Shown piece by piece: positions 35,611 to 50,400 of a stretch of DNA of 64,000 bases. Each line of letters starts with the position of its first letter. The stretch's first letter is position 1. Origin of the DNA: Chrysomallon squamiferum (lineage: Eukaryota > Animalia > Mollusca); contig CM022665.1 in the NCBI GenBank assembly GCA_012295275.1, positions 28,024,001-28,088,000 on the forward strand. The letters are read 5' to 3'. The position numbers were made by a program, and so were the translations under genes. A model generated the notes under the pieces. The model was not told where the DNA came from, searched no databases, and saw nothing but the letters and a program-made list of their open reading frames with translations.

Positions 35611-38318
35611 TTTGATACAAAGCCACAATAAGCCTAAACATGATAGAAGATACTATATTAAAATCAGGCTGGATCTTTCCCATTTATTAATTTGAATGAA
35701 TGAATGCCATATGAAATTATATGCTTTTTTACTGTGTGAAAGTTTTCCATGCTGGGTTACTAGATGAACTTAACTCTTTTAAAATAATGGATACACTGGT
35801 AAATCCTTCGTGCTTTTGGTATAATTCTGAATGTTTGTGAAAGTTACATTGTCATCAAATCCAGATCATGATGCTGATCATGCATTAAAGTAAGTCAACC
35901 AGATATTTCTACATATGGACTTAGAACTAACTTTTCATTTTTTGTTTAATTTTTATTTTGTTTTTTTGTTTGATGTTTTTTAAATTATAAATATTACTTT
36001 TCCATATATTTATTTTTGTTAATTTCCTGTTGTTTTAATATTTATTTGTTTATTTTCTTTTAATTCCTTTTCTTTTTTGTATTTTAATAACTGTTTTATA
36101 AATTTTATCTGCAGTCATTCCAGCTGGGGCTGGTGTTATTTTCTCAGTGACATACTTAAACTGGAAGTCACATTCTATTATTTAATCTGGTTGATATGGT
36201 CAGTAGTTCTGACTTCTGACAAAAGTATGTTGATTGGTCCTCAATTTTATATTCTTCATTTTGATTGATTCATTCACCAAAATAAAGAATGTTCATTTGT
36301 TGATTAATTTATCATTTCTAGTCTGAGTTGAAACATTCACAATTCTGTACAAACAACAGAATATGATCTAACTGACATTCAGTGGCAATATCATAATGCT
36401 GAACTTCTATTTTTGCCTCAACAATATGTTTGACCTGCTAGCCACAGTTTCTGGTCCAGAAAAACTAATTCATATTTTACATCTTTGTACTGGTCTAAAG
36501 TATATAAAATTTCAGACAATATAAAGAAACTGCAGGTGCTAAGCAGTTAAATGCTAATTTTCCCAAACAGGATAAGCACACACTACAGCTTTTGATGAAC
36601 TAGCCATGGTTCGGAATGGAATACAGACAGCATTAGTGACCAAGACTGATTCTATGACCAAGCCACACCTTTGGTCCTATCGCTGAATTGCAGAAGCACC
36701 AGATTGTAAAAGATTCATATTTGTATCTTAATTTGCAAATGAAAGATCACTTAATATAAAAATGACAGCAGTACCTGATGTAAAGATTTAATAAAACTAA
36801 AACAGAAATATCTTCTAACTGGACTAAGTATCTTTTTTTTCATTCGATCTTCAAGAATAAAAGGATAATACTGATAAACAATGAAAACAAATAAGCAAAC
36901 AAAAACAAAACAAAAAAAAATTCTACAAAATATCAACTTTTTTCTTCATTTTATTATATTATGTGATTAATTTAAATACAAAACAGTAAAATTAAATAGT
37001 AACAATAAAACAAGCTATAGTGGTATGTATATGAATGTGAATATATTTATCTTTGTCAATATCAACATGGGACATTCTACAAAATATATTCTATAATTAT
37101 TTAAAAATGTAATAAATTGATACTTATTAGGCAAATATATAATAATCACAAAATAAATTTAACAATAAAATTTTAATTTTAATTATAAATTGTTTTTAAA
37201 ATCTTAATTTTAAAATCACAGTACAATTTGATACATAAAATATATATTTAACATTAAAAAAAAAGTTGATGTATTAAATCAGAAATTTGCACTTTTGTTC
37301 TGAGATTGATTTCTGATAAGAACAATTTCTAAAGTTACTACTGAACTTAACTAAGAAAATATGCACAGATACTATTCCATAGGAATCACTGCCATATATA
37401 TTATGTATGTATTTAAAAAAAAAAATAATAATAATAAAATAATAATATATTACTGAAAATAATATGGTAAATTTACTGTTTTAAAATTATCTGATATTAT
37501 CTCACATAATATGGATTTCTTTTCTTCCCTGTAATCACAGAAAGGAAAAAACAAACCATAATCATACATTTAAAGAAAATAACAATCTAATAACAAAGGC
37601 ACAACCATTGAATTTAGATTATTTTTTTGTTTTTAGTTAAATAAAAAAATACAACAAAATCATGCAAAAGCAACATTCATTAAAAAAACCCCAGACAATT
37701 AGAGAATTTTAGACTGAGTAGAAAAATAAATTTCAGTGTATGCATTAATGGAAATAAAACATTTATGATTCATTTTTTTTTGTTGTTGTAAATAGTACTT
37801 TCATTAATTTGTTTAAAGACATTGTTTAACATTAAAAAAAAAAAAAAAAAAAAAAAAATGAGAAAGATAAATTAAACATATTGCCCAAAATGCTAGTTAG
37901 TTTCAGGAAAAAATCATCATTTTTTTATAGTGTACAAAACCTGGAACAAAGACTTATTTTCTTAAGCACATACAAGTATGGAAAAAAAAAAAAAAGTGGA
38001 GGCCAAAAACAAAGTACATTAATATTTATTTAATAAATATTATTAAGCGGTATAACAATATCTTAGGAGTTTAACAGTGTCTTAACTTTTCTCTGAAGTA
38101 AAACCACCTCACCTAAGATTAATATCATTCAGAAACAGATTGGCTGATGTTCTTGAAAACCAAATGGTTTATCTTTGGGTGTCTTCTCACATTTAATTTG
38201 TTTGGAAAATTGCAATAGAGGCAGTAGTACAACAGAATGTTTATGTTAATTATATTATTATTATTATCTAATTTTATTATTATTATTATTATCTAATTTT
38301 ATTATTATTATTATCTAC

Positions 38319-38351
<33 letters not shown>

Positions 38352-41300
38352 TTTGTCATATTTTGTTTTGTTGTATTTTTTTCATTTAATGACGTTAATA
38401 TTGTGTAATTCATTTAGGCAAGTAAAATTGGAAGTTTTGTTTTGGGTAATATAATAAATATGGCGACCAGTGAGCTACATTTTAAACCATGAAATAATCA
38501 TTCTGACTAAAACCTTTACATTAGACTCTTAAAAAATATATCTCCCAGAACTAAACACAAAGAAGGCTGCAGTAAAATCATTTTGTGTGTGTGTGGATAG
38601 ATGCACAATATCCTACTACACACACACAGTATACATATGAATGTTGATATGATAATTCATTGTATTCATTTATTTTGTGCTAATTGCATAATAAACATTT
38701 TGTAAAAAAATTATAAACTTTTTTTTTTGTATTATCCTTTAAACATATATATATATATATATATCACTGATAGTTATAAATATGTCCCTCCCTTGGTTTT
38801 ACCACTGTTATTTATGAATATGAACACCATCTGGTTTATTAATTTAAAATTCTTTTCTTTTTTAATATACATACTGGTTTTATTATCATCATCATCATTA
38901 TTATTAAATCTGATGTTTATATTTAAATGTAATATCATTTGTTTTGAATTACTACCTTTACAACACATATTATTCGATAAAATCTAATGAAGTTACTCTT
39001 TATTACACATCACATTAATAGAAAAACAAAAACTGTAGGCCATAAACATAAACAAAAAATAAAATATATATATATTTCTTTAATATTGTTTGATAGAGAG
39101 GACAGATGAACGATCTATGGTGCACCAAATTGTGTTAATTTATAAAAATTAAAAAATTAACGTATCTAATTAAATACACTGATAAATATTAAATGATTGT
39201 TTTCAAAATAAATTTTCTTAATAATTAGGTCTTTATCAGTAAATAAAACAATTTTTAAAATAAATTTCTAATAAAAAAAAAAGTATTTCTTTCAGTGCCT
39301 GAAAACACTGGAAAAAAAAATGTTACTGATAATGTTATGTTTATACAGATGTGCAACTATTGAAACATTAAAAATTATTTAGTACTTAAAAATTAATTCT
39401 CATCAAATCAGGGTATTATTTAGTTAAGAGTTTTGAATTTTTGATTTTCTCATTTTGTAGCATAATAATAATATCTAAAAGCCAACAAAAATAATAATAA
39501 TAATAGTAATAATAATAATAATAATAATAAAATATAGTTGTCTTTTGTTAGTCTAGAATTATTTTAAAAGAAAATAATAAATAATTCTGAAAAGGCCATA
39601 AAATGAAGGACGGAGTGATAAATCACAATAAACTAAATGCTTCTGATAAACATGACAGATGTATTTTTAAGATATAAAATTTTGATAACAATGATATGCA
39701 CATGCATGTTTTAGTTCTATGAACTTCAGAGAAAGCAAATTCAGTACAGAAGAATGTATGCATGTGTGTCCATAAGAAAATGTGAGAGTATGTTTGTGTA
39801 TGTGTGTGTATGTACAGGCTGGTATATTTGTGAGTGCATATGTGTGTGTACAAGTAAAAAAAAGTTTATGTAAAACAGAAATAAATCTGCAAAAGGTTTT
39901 TAGAAACAATTCAGAAACTGAGTAACTGTCGCAAATAAATATATCTGCAAACATAATAAACAAGTTGTTACAAAAATTACTTTTTAAAAAGGCACCTATA
40001 TTCATGGACAGATGACAAAAACCTATAATGCTAATGTAGCTAAACACTTTAAATAAATCCAAAAAACATCATGATTCACAACACACATACATAAAAAAAC
40101 TGTTGTGTTTTTAATGGGTTTTTTTAAAGGCAAAAATAACTTAAAATCTTTATATAATGGATAAAAAATGAACAACCTACTTTGTTTTCAAATCAGATAA
40201 ATTGATTTTACCAAAATGGAGAGAAAAAAAAAATGTAATTGCAAAAGATTATGTGAAAGTAGATCTTAATATTTCAATATGTACTTACTCCATTTCTCTA
40301 GATCAAAATTTTGCCCTTACAGATATAAAACAGGGCATATCACACACATATTATTTGAAAATTCACTTTCTTTCCAAATACTGAAAACAAAAAATATAAA
40401 ATAACATTCTGTAATTAAAACTACCTAAATTAATCAATTAATTAGAACATTACAAAAACTGCACATCAAATAAATGCAATAAACACGACACACTTTTAAC
40501 ATGCATATTAAAATGAAAAATTTCTTTTGTCTCACACCTAATAAACTCATAAATTTAAATATACACTGACTCAACTTAAAGTTCAGTAACTGAAACTATT
40601 AAAACGATAAACATAATAAAGTCACCTGTTTGTATCTAATAAATTAAAAAATATATATATAATAATAATATAAAATAAAAAAAATAAAATAAAATTAATT
40701 AATTAATCAATAATAATAACAATAACAACAAAAATGTACTGGAAGAGAATATCCCATATATGACAAATACTAGTCAAATCTCTTAATTTACACAGTTAAC
40801 TTTTCCTTGGTGAACAATATAAAAGAACATTTTAATTTTCTTTATTTTTTTTAAACTCTGTAAATCTTCTGAAATTTGTATTACATTTCCCTACCCTTCT
40901 AATCAGTTACAGAATGAGAAAAATATTAGAATAAATTATTAAAAAATGTAAACAATATTTAAAACTGATGCAAATTTCATAAAACATTTATAAAAAATTC
41001 ACTTTCTGTTTCTTAAACATTTAATCCATCACCCCCAAGATGGTTTATTCATTCTAAATAACAAATACAGGACAAATATTAATCATAGATTAATACTGAA
41101 CTAATGAAATTAAAGTTAAGCAGTCAGTTTTGTATGGTTTTGAAACACAAAAATTCATGAACATTTCTAACCTTGTTTTTTTAAAATAAATATCAACAGT
41201 GTGCAAGTTTGTGCTGGCTTTAGTGAAAAGTAGAAGAGAAAAAGAATTTAGAATTCTTAAATAAGAAAATAATGTAACAAGAAGAGTATGTTTATCAATA

Positions 41301-43265
41301 AATATTAAATGTCCAAGACTGTGTATGTGTATGTTGTATTCTTTCATTAATGATGACAGAATTTTTATTTACTATCAGCTAAAATTATGGTTAGAAGTAT
41401 TTTGAAAATTTATCAAAAAATGTAATATTTAATCTGCATTTTAAATGTGGAAGAAAAATAAGAAATAAAAAAATAGATATTTCCTGATCTGTAAAAATTC
41501 AAAATTCAATAATGCACATAAATTATGCTAATGCAATACATTTTACTTATGCATAGTATATGGTGATATAAAAGGTTTTATAAAATTGTATTAAAATCAA
41601 TATATACACATGTATAAACACAAATTATCAAGAATTAAAAGGATATAATAAATTGCAAGTCTATGTGCATAAGCTTTATATAGCTATATCTGTATATAAA
41701 TCTGTATTTATATACCTCTATATGAAATGTATACATAAAATAATTATAACATTTTAAATTTTAAATTCATTTTATAATTATTTATAACACATTTTCAAAC
41801 ATGTTTTGCTCCACCAATATGATGAACAAAATGGGGGAAGATAAGAATATTAAGAATTGCTAATACCATTATACTGAAATATAAAAAAATTTCAGTAATA
41901 AACTGATTGCAATCTTTTATTTGTAGACGATGATATTTAGCCTATTTTTATTACTCATTAAAATTCTGAAGTGTTTTTGATTATTATTTAATATATATTT
42001 TTAAATTAATGGTCTCATTCCAGTTCATAATCATTATACTATTTACTTGCATAATTATTTATTCTTTTAATTTTAATTTTTTTTTAAAGAAAATATGTTT
42101 TTAGTCTCATTTAACTAATTATAAGAAAATAATAATAGTATTAATAAAAAAAAAAAAAAAAAAAAATAATAATAATAATTTAAAAAGTTAATAAATTTAC
42201 TGAAACATAGAGGGAACAAGCTGGAAATGTATGTATGATGATGATCAGCACATGACAGACATAGTTCTAGGATAGGTTACACTGGTCTGATGATTCCTGC
42301 TCACAAGTATTACCCAACCCCTGCAAGAGTGCTGAATCAACACAAAGAAAAATGCAAAGTTGATGATAATTTGAAAAAAAACAAAAACATATGCTGTTTG
42401 GAATCTCTAAAACTTAAGCTGTATGATGAGAATAATAATATAAAAAATTTAATTGGAATGTCTAAAAATGGCCAGAACCTAATTCTAGTTAATTAAAATA
42501 ATAATAATTTTTATAACTGTGTGGATGGAATGTCAAAGAATGACCAAAGGCTAAGTTCACTTTGGATCCAGAAATAATAATAATATTGTAAAATATGTGA
42601 CTAAGTGTTTAAGAATAACCAAAATCTAAGTTCAGTCATGATTAAAAAAATAATAATAAATAAATAAATAAATAAATAAATAGTGATAACAATGAAAAAA
42701 AGATGGGTGGATGGATGTCAAAGTATGGCCAAAACATAATTTCAGTTTTGATCGTAAATGCATCTGAAATGATGGTATCACTGATATGTCAAATTTTGTT
42801 ATAATACTGATCAAAAATATTTCATGTCAGTAACAGTTATTAAGCAGTTTTGGTCATTATTACAAAAATAACACACACATGTCTTTGTAAAATTACTGGA
42901 CATTTCAGCAGACAGCATTCAAAAACAATTGTAAAAAGAAACAACAATGGATTCCTTAGAGTAACACAGACAAAAATCATCACACGTCTTATTATTATTA
43001 TTATATTTTCTATTTTTTTCACCACAGAGATTTGTTATTATTATCACAGATCAGATTTTGGTTTAAAATAGAACCTGTATTTAAATGGACAAAAGAAATT
43101 CTTGGAATTACTTAAGTTTTGTTGGCAAGAATTATCAGTAGGATAACCAGGCTTAATAACAAATATTTACACTGTTTTAATAGCACTATTAAAAAAAAAA
43201 AATCACTTTTTTCCAGCTTTTATAGTATACAAGTCTATGCTAGTCTCTATTTTACATATAAGTGG

Positions 43266-43311
<46 letters not shown>

Positions 43312-44391
43312 AAATGTGTTTATAATAGAAAAAAGCACAACCATATAGCCTATTTTTTTTTTAATGCAGTTCAGTTGAATGTAAATTTACTATAAACTAT
43401 ATAAATATATGACATACATATTTTTGACAATTAAACAAATTACACCAAATAATTAGCTTTAAATAAAACTGAGAAATAATATCAGAAGATATACCCAATG
43501 TATAATTTTGATCGTTTGTTTTTGATGTTTTTTCAATTATTTAATACTTATTTGTAACCTAGGTAAAATTCACTGATATAATTATATCTTCGTGTGTGTG
43601 TTTTTGTTTGTGTGTGTGTATAAAGAAGGAATGTGTTGAATCTTAAACACAGTTTGTTTAATCCCATGCCTTAAATACAATACCAAAAATAATATTTAAC
43701 AAAAGAAAAACAGCAAACAATTACATATTGAAGATTACAATTAATCATAAAATATTTATATCCTGCCCAGAAAAGAAAACAATTTAGAAACTTATTTAAA
43801 AATATAGAAATGATGTATAAATTTAAACTTATATACATTATAACAAAATATTATTCAGTCAGAAAAATAAAATTAATGCAGAAGCAAATTATTCGAAACC
43901 TGAAATAATAACTATTTTAGACTGAGACTTCAACTAATACAATAAATAAATTACATCAAACTTTATAAAAACAAAAAAATGGACTTCACTGTTTGTAGTT
44001 CATTTTTGACACTTAGAATAAATAAATAAATAAAAATAACAGTAATAATAATTCTACAAAATACTATTTAACAATAATCATAATCTAAACTTTAGGTAAG
44101 AAATAAAAATAAATAAAAAATACACCTAAAAATAACAATATATTTTTTAACAACAACCATCATACCCATACAATATGATATTAATATTTAATGCACACAC
44201 ATAACTGATAAAAGACTGCTGACTATAAAACACTTCAGAATTTACAGTTTGAGCAATCAAACTCCAGTAGGAGGCAGTACCAGAGATTCTTGGACATTCA
44301 GTGATCACTGAAATAAAAAAGTATTTTCTGCAAAGGAAGACCTTTGTGTGGTTTTAGACTTCTTGTATGCAGCTGAAAAAGTACTGACAAT

Positions 44392-44406
44392 TTATGATGA
44401 TTCTTT
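44392..44406 (-). CDS. SPTLC2: SPTLC2 probable terminal coding exon (KESS*)
   Basis: Long polypyrimidine tract + ccag|AAA GAA TCA TCA TAA; phase 0 matches the ACA|gtgagt donor at 45452. Confidence 0.6.
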   Translation of the reverse strand, partial: KESS

Positions 44407-47400
44407 CTGGAAAAAAATAAAATAAAATAAAATAGAACAAAATAAAAATAATAAAAAATATATTTAAAAAATATTTTTAAAAATAAGTGTTCGAAAAGAA
44501 AGCCAAAACATTAGTGATGTATTCAAGATATTATATGATAATTGTATGTACACTGGTTTAAAATCTTGATAATATTATTTATAAATATGAAAGTTTGTTG
44601 TCTCTTTAATGATGCTTGATGTTTTTTTTGTCCATCACATGCTTTCAAATATGTAAAGTTGGAATACTTCATCAACCTCACAATAATTTTAGGATTAATG
44701 AATTAAACTTAGTTGGTATTTATTAAAATTTAAATAAAAGTTTAATTAATTATTAAGCTTTAGCTGCTCTAACTCTGAATAAATTTATAAGAGAAACAGA
44801 ATCCTTCCTTTCTATGAAAATCCATTTATTTGTGGATCACAACATTCACAGTATACCACACAAGAAAAAACTGAAGATCTGAAATGTTATGGGTGTCAAA
44901 TCAAATAGCCACCAATTGCTCCAGTAAAATTCAACAAACACCTAAAAAGGCCAAGCACCCAGACTGCCAACTATTGCTCTGTATTCAGATTTAATGGTGT
45001 TTGCATCTAGGTTTAAAGTAATGAGAATATTATTTATATACCCCAGTTTAATTTTTTTATATTACTTACTAGGTTTAAACATTTTTTAATATTACTTACA
45101 TAACTAGGTTTAAAGTTTTATAATATTACTTGTGTATCCAGATTTAAAGTATTGATAATATTGCTTATTATATTTCTTTTAAACTAAAAGTATCAGGTTT
45201 TAAGTGTGAACTTGTTTTAGCTTTTTTTTCCTTTCCTCTAATCAAGGTCAGCTTTAAAAATAGGAATACAGTAGCTTCAAACCAGCAATGTCACCAAAAT
45301 GGCAACCACTTGAAGACAGTAAATTATCAGCAGAAATACAAATATTGCTTTATGTTACTGCAGCTACAATTTTATATTGTAAAGTCTCTAAATGAACAGA
45401 ATAATTATTCAAAATAAATCTAACATAATAAATGTAAATTTGTAACACTCACTGTCAAAGGGCTGCTGTCTATGTGAAAATGAGATAGAGGTAATTTTGA
45501 AAATCGTATACGGACAATATCAACTACTTCTTCTATTAGTCTTAAAGCCTGTAATAAAGTATTTATAAGAAAAAAACATTAGAATTTCTAAGTGGAAACC
45601 ATCCTTACATTAAATAATTGCATTGTTAACAAATTATGTCGTTTCTGAATAAAAAAAAAAAAAAAAGTACAAATGTCATTGCATCAACAGCTGTTTGTCT
45701 GCATAATAAAAACTAAATTATTTTTTTTTTTTTTTTTTATCAGTCTTTGCCTTCTGAATTAAAGACTTTTGTCTCTTAAAGCATCACAAAATAATTTAAA
45801 GTTTATACTTTTGGTGATATGAAGAAATAGTCAAAATGTATTCTACATTTTCTCAGTTAGGTATAATTGTGTTAGATGATACTGATGAAGGTAAGTTCAT
45901 TATAAATATAATAATAATAATAATAATAATACATGGTAGCCATCTTAATAAAGAAGAATAACAACAAAAGCAGTTTTAACATATGGCCTTAGTAGTCAAT
46001 TAAAACAGAGATATAGTTGAGATATGTGGTTTTTAATTGTTTATCATTGTCAGTATGAATATACGTCAAATGAATGTACTATACAAAATAATATAGCACA
46101 CAGATATAACTACAAATATTAAATAACAGTATGTACTTTATTTCTCTATTCTACAAACCTCATCCATCATTTCTTTTGTGTGGGCTGATGAAACACAGAA
46201 TCTAGCTCTACCTTCAATAACACGTGTAGCAGGAAAACCAACCACAACAACAGCTAACCCTTTCTTCAGTGTCTCTCGGCTGAACATACTGTTAACACAA
46301 ATCAAATTTATCAAAGAATCAAAACCACTGATATGGTGTACTCAGTGAGATCTGTGACAGTACAGACAAAAATTAACAGCACATATTTGTTCTTGTATGG
46401 ATGCATGGAAGACAGCATTTGTGTGATAATGTTTACTGCAGAGAAATATAAAACAGAAATTCATAATATACTGAGGATATTTCTAACTACACTTTCTAAA
46501 ATGACACACACCTACACACACAAAGGAGAATGACAGCCTGAATATATTTTGGGGATTTTATTATTTAACTGGCATAGTTTATTATTATCAAAAGTTTGTT
46601 TTAAAGTAACAAAAGTTCCCCATATATACACATTATATGTAGCAAATGATGTTAAGCTATATCAGTGCCAGAAAGATCTTAGTCACACTTATCTGTATTA
46701 GTCAAACCTAAATGGTATTTTAATTAGTACTTTTAATACAGGTATTTATGCACACTTAATAACTTCAATGCTGATCATTGCAAAAGGTATAGTCAGTATA
46801 TTAAACCACTAAGCCAGATGTAAGCTATTCATTGAAAAGAAAATATAATTACGATATTTTGCTTGGGTTGAATATCAGCAATGGCACTACAGGAGAATCT
46901 CTATTTCCATACACAATGACACCAATTTTATGCAGACCTCTTCTGAAATATCTAGTGTTCAACAGTAACTGGTCAATTCTGTGCTGTCCTGAAAAAAACA
47001 AGAAAAATGAAAACACACTTTTAAATATTAAACAATTGTCTGAAAATAGCACTTAAGTAAATGAAATATTATTCTTATTCTAAATAGTGATTATAATAAT
47101 GAAACAACATTTTTAGTATGATCAAGGCCTATAATTGTCATAATCAACTTATTTCCATTGGTATCTAATACTATTATTATTATTAACTTACCTTTATTGC
47201 TACTGTTTAATATTATTATTGTATTTATAACGAACTTCACTGGCATCTCTTTTAATACTATTATTATTATTATTATTATTATTGATATAATCTATTTACT
47301 TACTTTGGTACATATAACATTTTATTACTACCTTCATTAGTACCATCCAGTCCCATTATTATTCTCATGGAGGCAAGGATCTGTGCTGCTACTGGAGGTG

Positions 47401-50400
47401 ACATGACACACGAGTACATAGAACTGTGTGAATACACACGAAGGTAGTTTATCAATTTCTGAAATAAATGAAAACAACAACTGAAACACTGAAATTGTAA
47501 AATACATTTTCTTTGGAGTTTTATTTAGATGTAAATTTCTTAATGTTTTTATAAAATATTTTAACTTCTTAGGAATTTCTACCTGAGCAAAAGATAAATT
47601 CAGATTAAATTTAGACAACTATATGATATAAATAGTAAATATGTAGTGCAATATGAACCTTTTTTTCCCATATGGAATGACAGAATGAGAGCAGTATTTA
47701 GTTTACTTACAGAATACTTTTCATTTACTTATCTATGAAATTGCTTTTATTTCTGAGTAACAAAAGAATAAAACAGTCATTGTCTTTTCAGTTAATCAGT
47801 TCTGACTCTTATAGCATCACAAAATAATTTAAAGTTTGTGCATTTGATGAGATCTAGAAATAGTCTAAATATATTCTACACTGTTTTAAATGTATTTTAC
47901 ATACTGTGTGATTGTATTATTATGATCAGTATAATCCAAAATACATAATGTGTGTGTGTGTGTGTGAATACAAAATATAAACAATAACGTTTATACTGAA
48001 ATAATAAAAACATATGCAACAATATTAAATCCATTATTGTTTGTGGTTACTAGGAACAAACCATGAGAATATATTAAAGTCGGTTTGTTAAGTTTAAATT
48101 ACTTTGAAAGTGACATCAGCTAATGAAGACAATAATTTATTTTGAAGTATTACAGATTATCTGACCCTTGCTAAAGCTTGGGCCCATTGTTTCATTTCAT
48201 GTGGGATGTAATTTGTGTTATTCTGTAAGTCAGAGGCTGCCATTTCCCTTTCTAACATAGTCCACGTTTGTGAGCTGATAATAAATGAAAGACAGATGAA
48301 TTATGTCATTTTGTTTGGGGACTACAAGTTAAATAATTACAGCTATAAAACCAGATCTGGTCCAATGAACAGAGGCAATCTATAAACTCTTGAAAAACTG
48401 TTTAAATCACCTTTGATCCAGCTATATATCCACCAGCTGAGGCAAAACTCTTTGTGAAAGTTCCCATCATGACATCAATTTCTTTTGGGTCAATTCCAAA
48501 GTAATCAGTGACCCCTCTCCCGTGTGGACCAAGGGCACCAATGCTGTGTGCTTCATCCAGGTAAATGTAAGCTTTGTACTTTTTCTTCAGCTTAATTATA
48601 TCAGGAAGTGGTAATATTGACCCTTCCATGCTGTGAAACAAAACTAATATTTTTAAACCAAGATGATTTATCACAACATTCATAGGTGTATTTGTAGGCT
48701 GATATTTAGAAGATATGAATTTACAAATTCTGAATTTACCACATAAATATAAATATACTCATTTAGAAGAATGAAATAATAAAATAATTTTAAATTAGAT
48801 TAATATAAATGAGTTAAAATCTAAAATTTAATCATGCATATAAAGGCCATGCTTAGATAAATATGAAGACTTTTTGTTGATTGTGTGACAATTAGAAGGA
48901 ACTAACGTCTGTCCATGAAACATTTGGATATACGACTAGATGTACAGTTACTGAATGATTTACCTGTGAATACCCTCCACAACAATCAATATTTTCTTCC
49001 ATGGTCTCTTTGATCTAGGCTGTCCTTCAATAACACTGTCTTGTAATTTATTTTCTAGGTCTTTGACATCTATTAAAAAAAAAAAAAAAAATTAAAAATA
49101 ATAATAATAATAATAATAATTAAGTGCTTAAATGAATTTTAATATAAAATATAGGATTTTCCAATAAGATAAAAAAATAAAAAATAAAAATAACAAGCAG
49201 CAAATACAATCACACATACACACACACACATAACAGACAGAAACATGTTAAAGCTTATTAAAACCTCTTTATTGGGAACTGTCTGCAATGAGAAAGAGCT
49301 TATCAATACATTAAGAAGGACCATCTTCTCTTGTACGTTATATCATGTAGGTATTTGTTTCAGCTGTTAGAAGTAAATTAGAAAAAAATGTTTAATTCAT
49401 TATTATTATTATTATTACTTCTTTATATTTTTTTATTTAAAAAATATTAAGATATAATCTATTCTTTAATATATATTAAGTTATTTTTAGATAAACATCT
49501 TATGATTATTAATGGACAAGAGTAAAATAAGAAATGGCAGATGTGAATTTAAATTTAATTTTCTTTTTTTATACACAAACAATTTGTTTGACACTATCAA
49601 TATTAAACTATTCATTCATTTATACATATTCATATTATTTTAAATATATATGTATGTATATATGTATGTGTGTATGTATGTATATACACACAAGACACTG
49701 ATCTGCAAATAACTTCATTTAAAATTGAAATTTAAACAAATGATTACAATACAGAAAAAAATATCATAATATTTAATTTGATTTTTTTATGTAAAAGAAG
49801 TTCTTGCTGACATAATACAAATGACCCTGCATGTATGTCAGGCTATGGCACAAAGATCTTTTCATTACAAACAACAGTTCACACCGATTAGGCTGTTTGA
49901 AACTTGCCAAGCATGTCATTTGAGCATAATAAAAAAGTACAACAATTTCTAATATTGGAAACACTTCATATGCAAGCATTTTCAAACACCCATGATACTG
50001 CATGTCAAACTAAAGTATGTGTGTTTATACACTGATAATACAAAGGTATGATTTAACATTGTGAATCACTTCCTCCACTTTCTCGATTATTTAACATGAT
50101 GGTTACACAAATACCAAAGCAAATTTTAAGTATGACTTTAGATGAAACTTTATAAATTTTGATTTTAATTTCTTTTTCTTTGTCAGACAGATCAAGTGCC
50201 TTTCATGATGTTTATTTACTTCTTATCAGTAATTTCCGTCTTTGTGATTTATAAATTAAAGATAATTTTTAATGTCAACATTTGTGTTACATAAGACATT
50301 TATATCAATAAATGTTTACACTTATGAATTATACATTAAAAAGTAGTATTTGATGTTAACTTTCATTCCTTGCAGAATATTTATGGAGTCATCATTAACA

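Noticed and set aside
42290-42496. ORF starting MIPAHKYYPTPA, similar to MRPL49 PKHEHYPTPS
   Set aside because: Only ~10 residues, no GW continuation, 27 kb downstream of and out of order with the 15173 relic; treated as chance
36000-44300. Many 60-130 aa ORFs on both strands
   Set aside because: I/F/L/K/N/Y-biased translations of AT-rich non-coding DNA with no motifs or exon chains
44980-45175. Regularly spaced ~34-bp repeat resembling a CRISPR array
   Set aside because: Eukaryotic intron, degenerate units with no unique spacers and no cas genes; ordinary minisatellite
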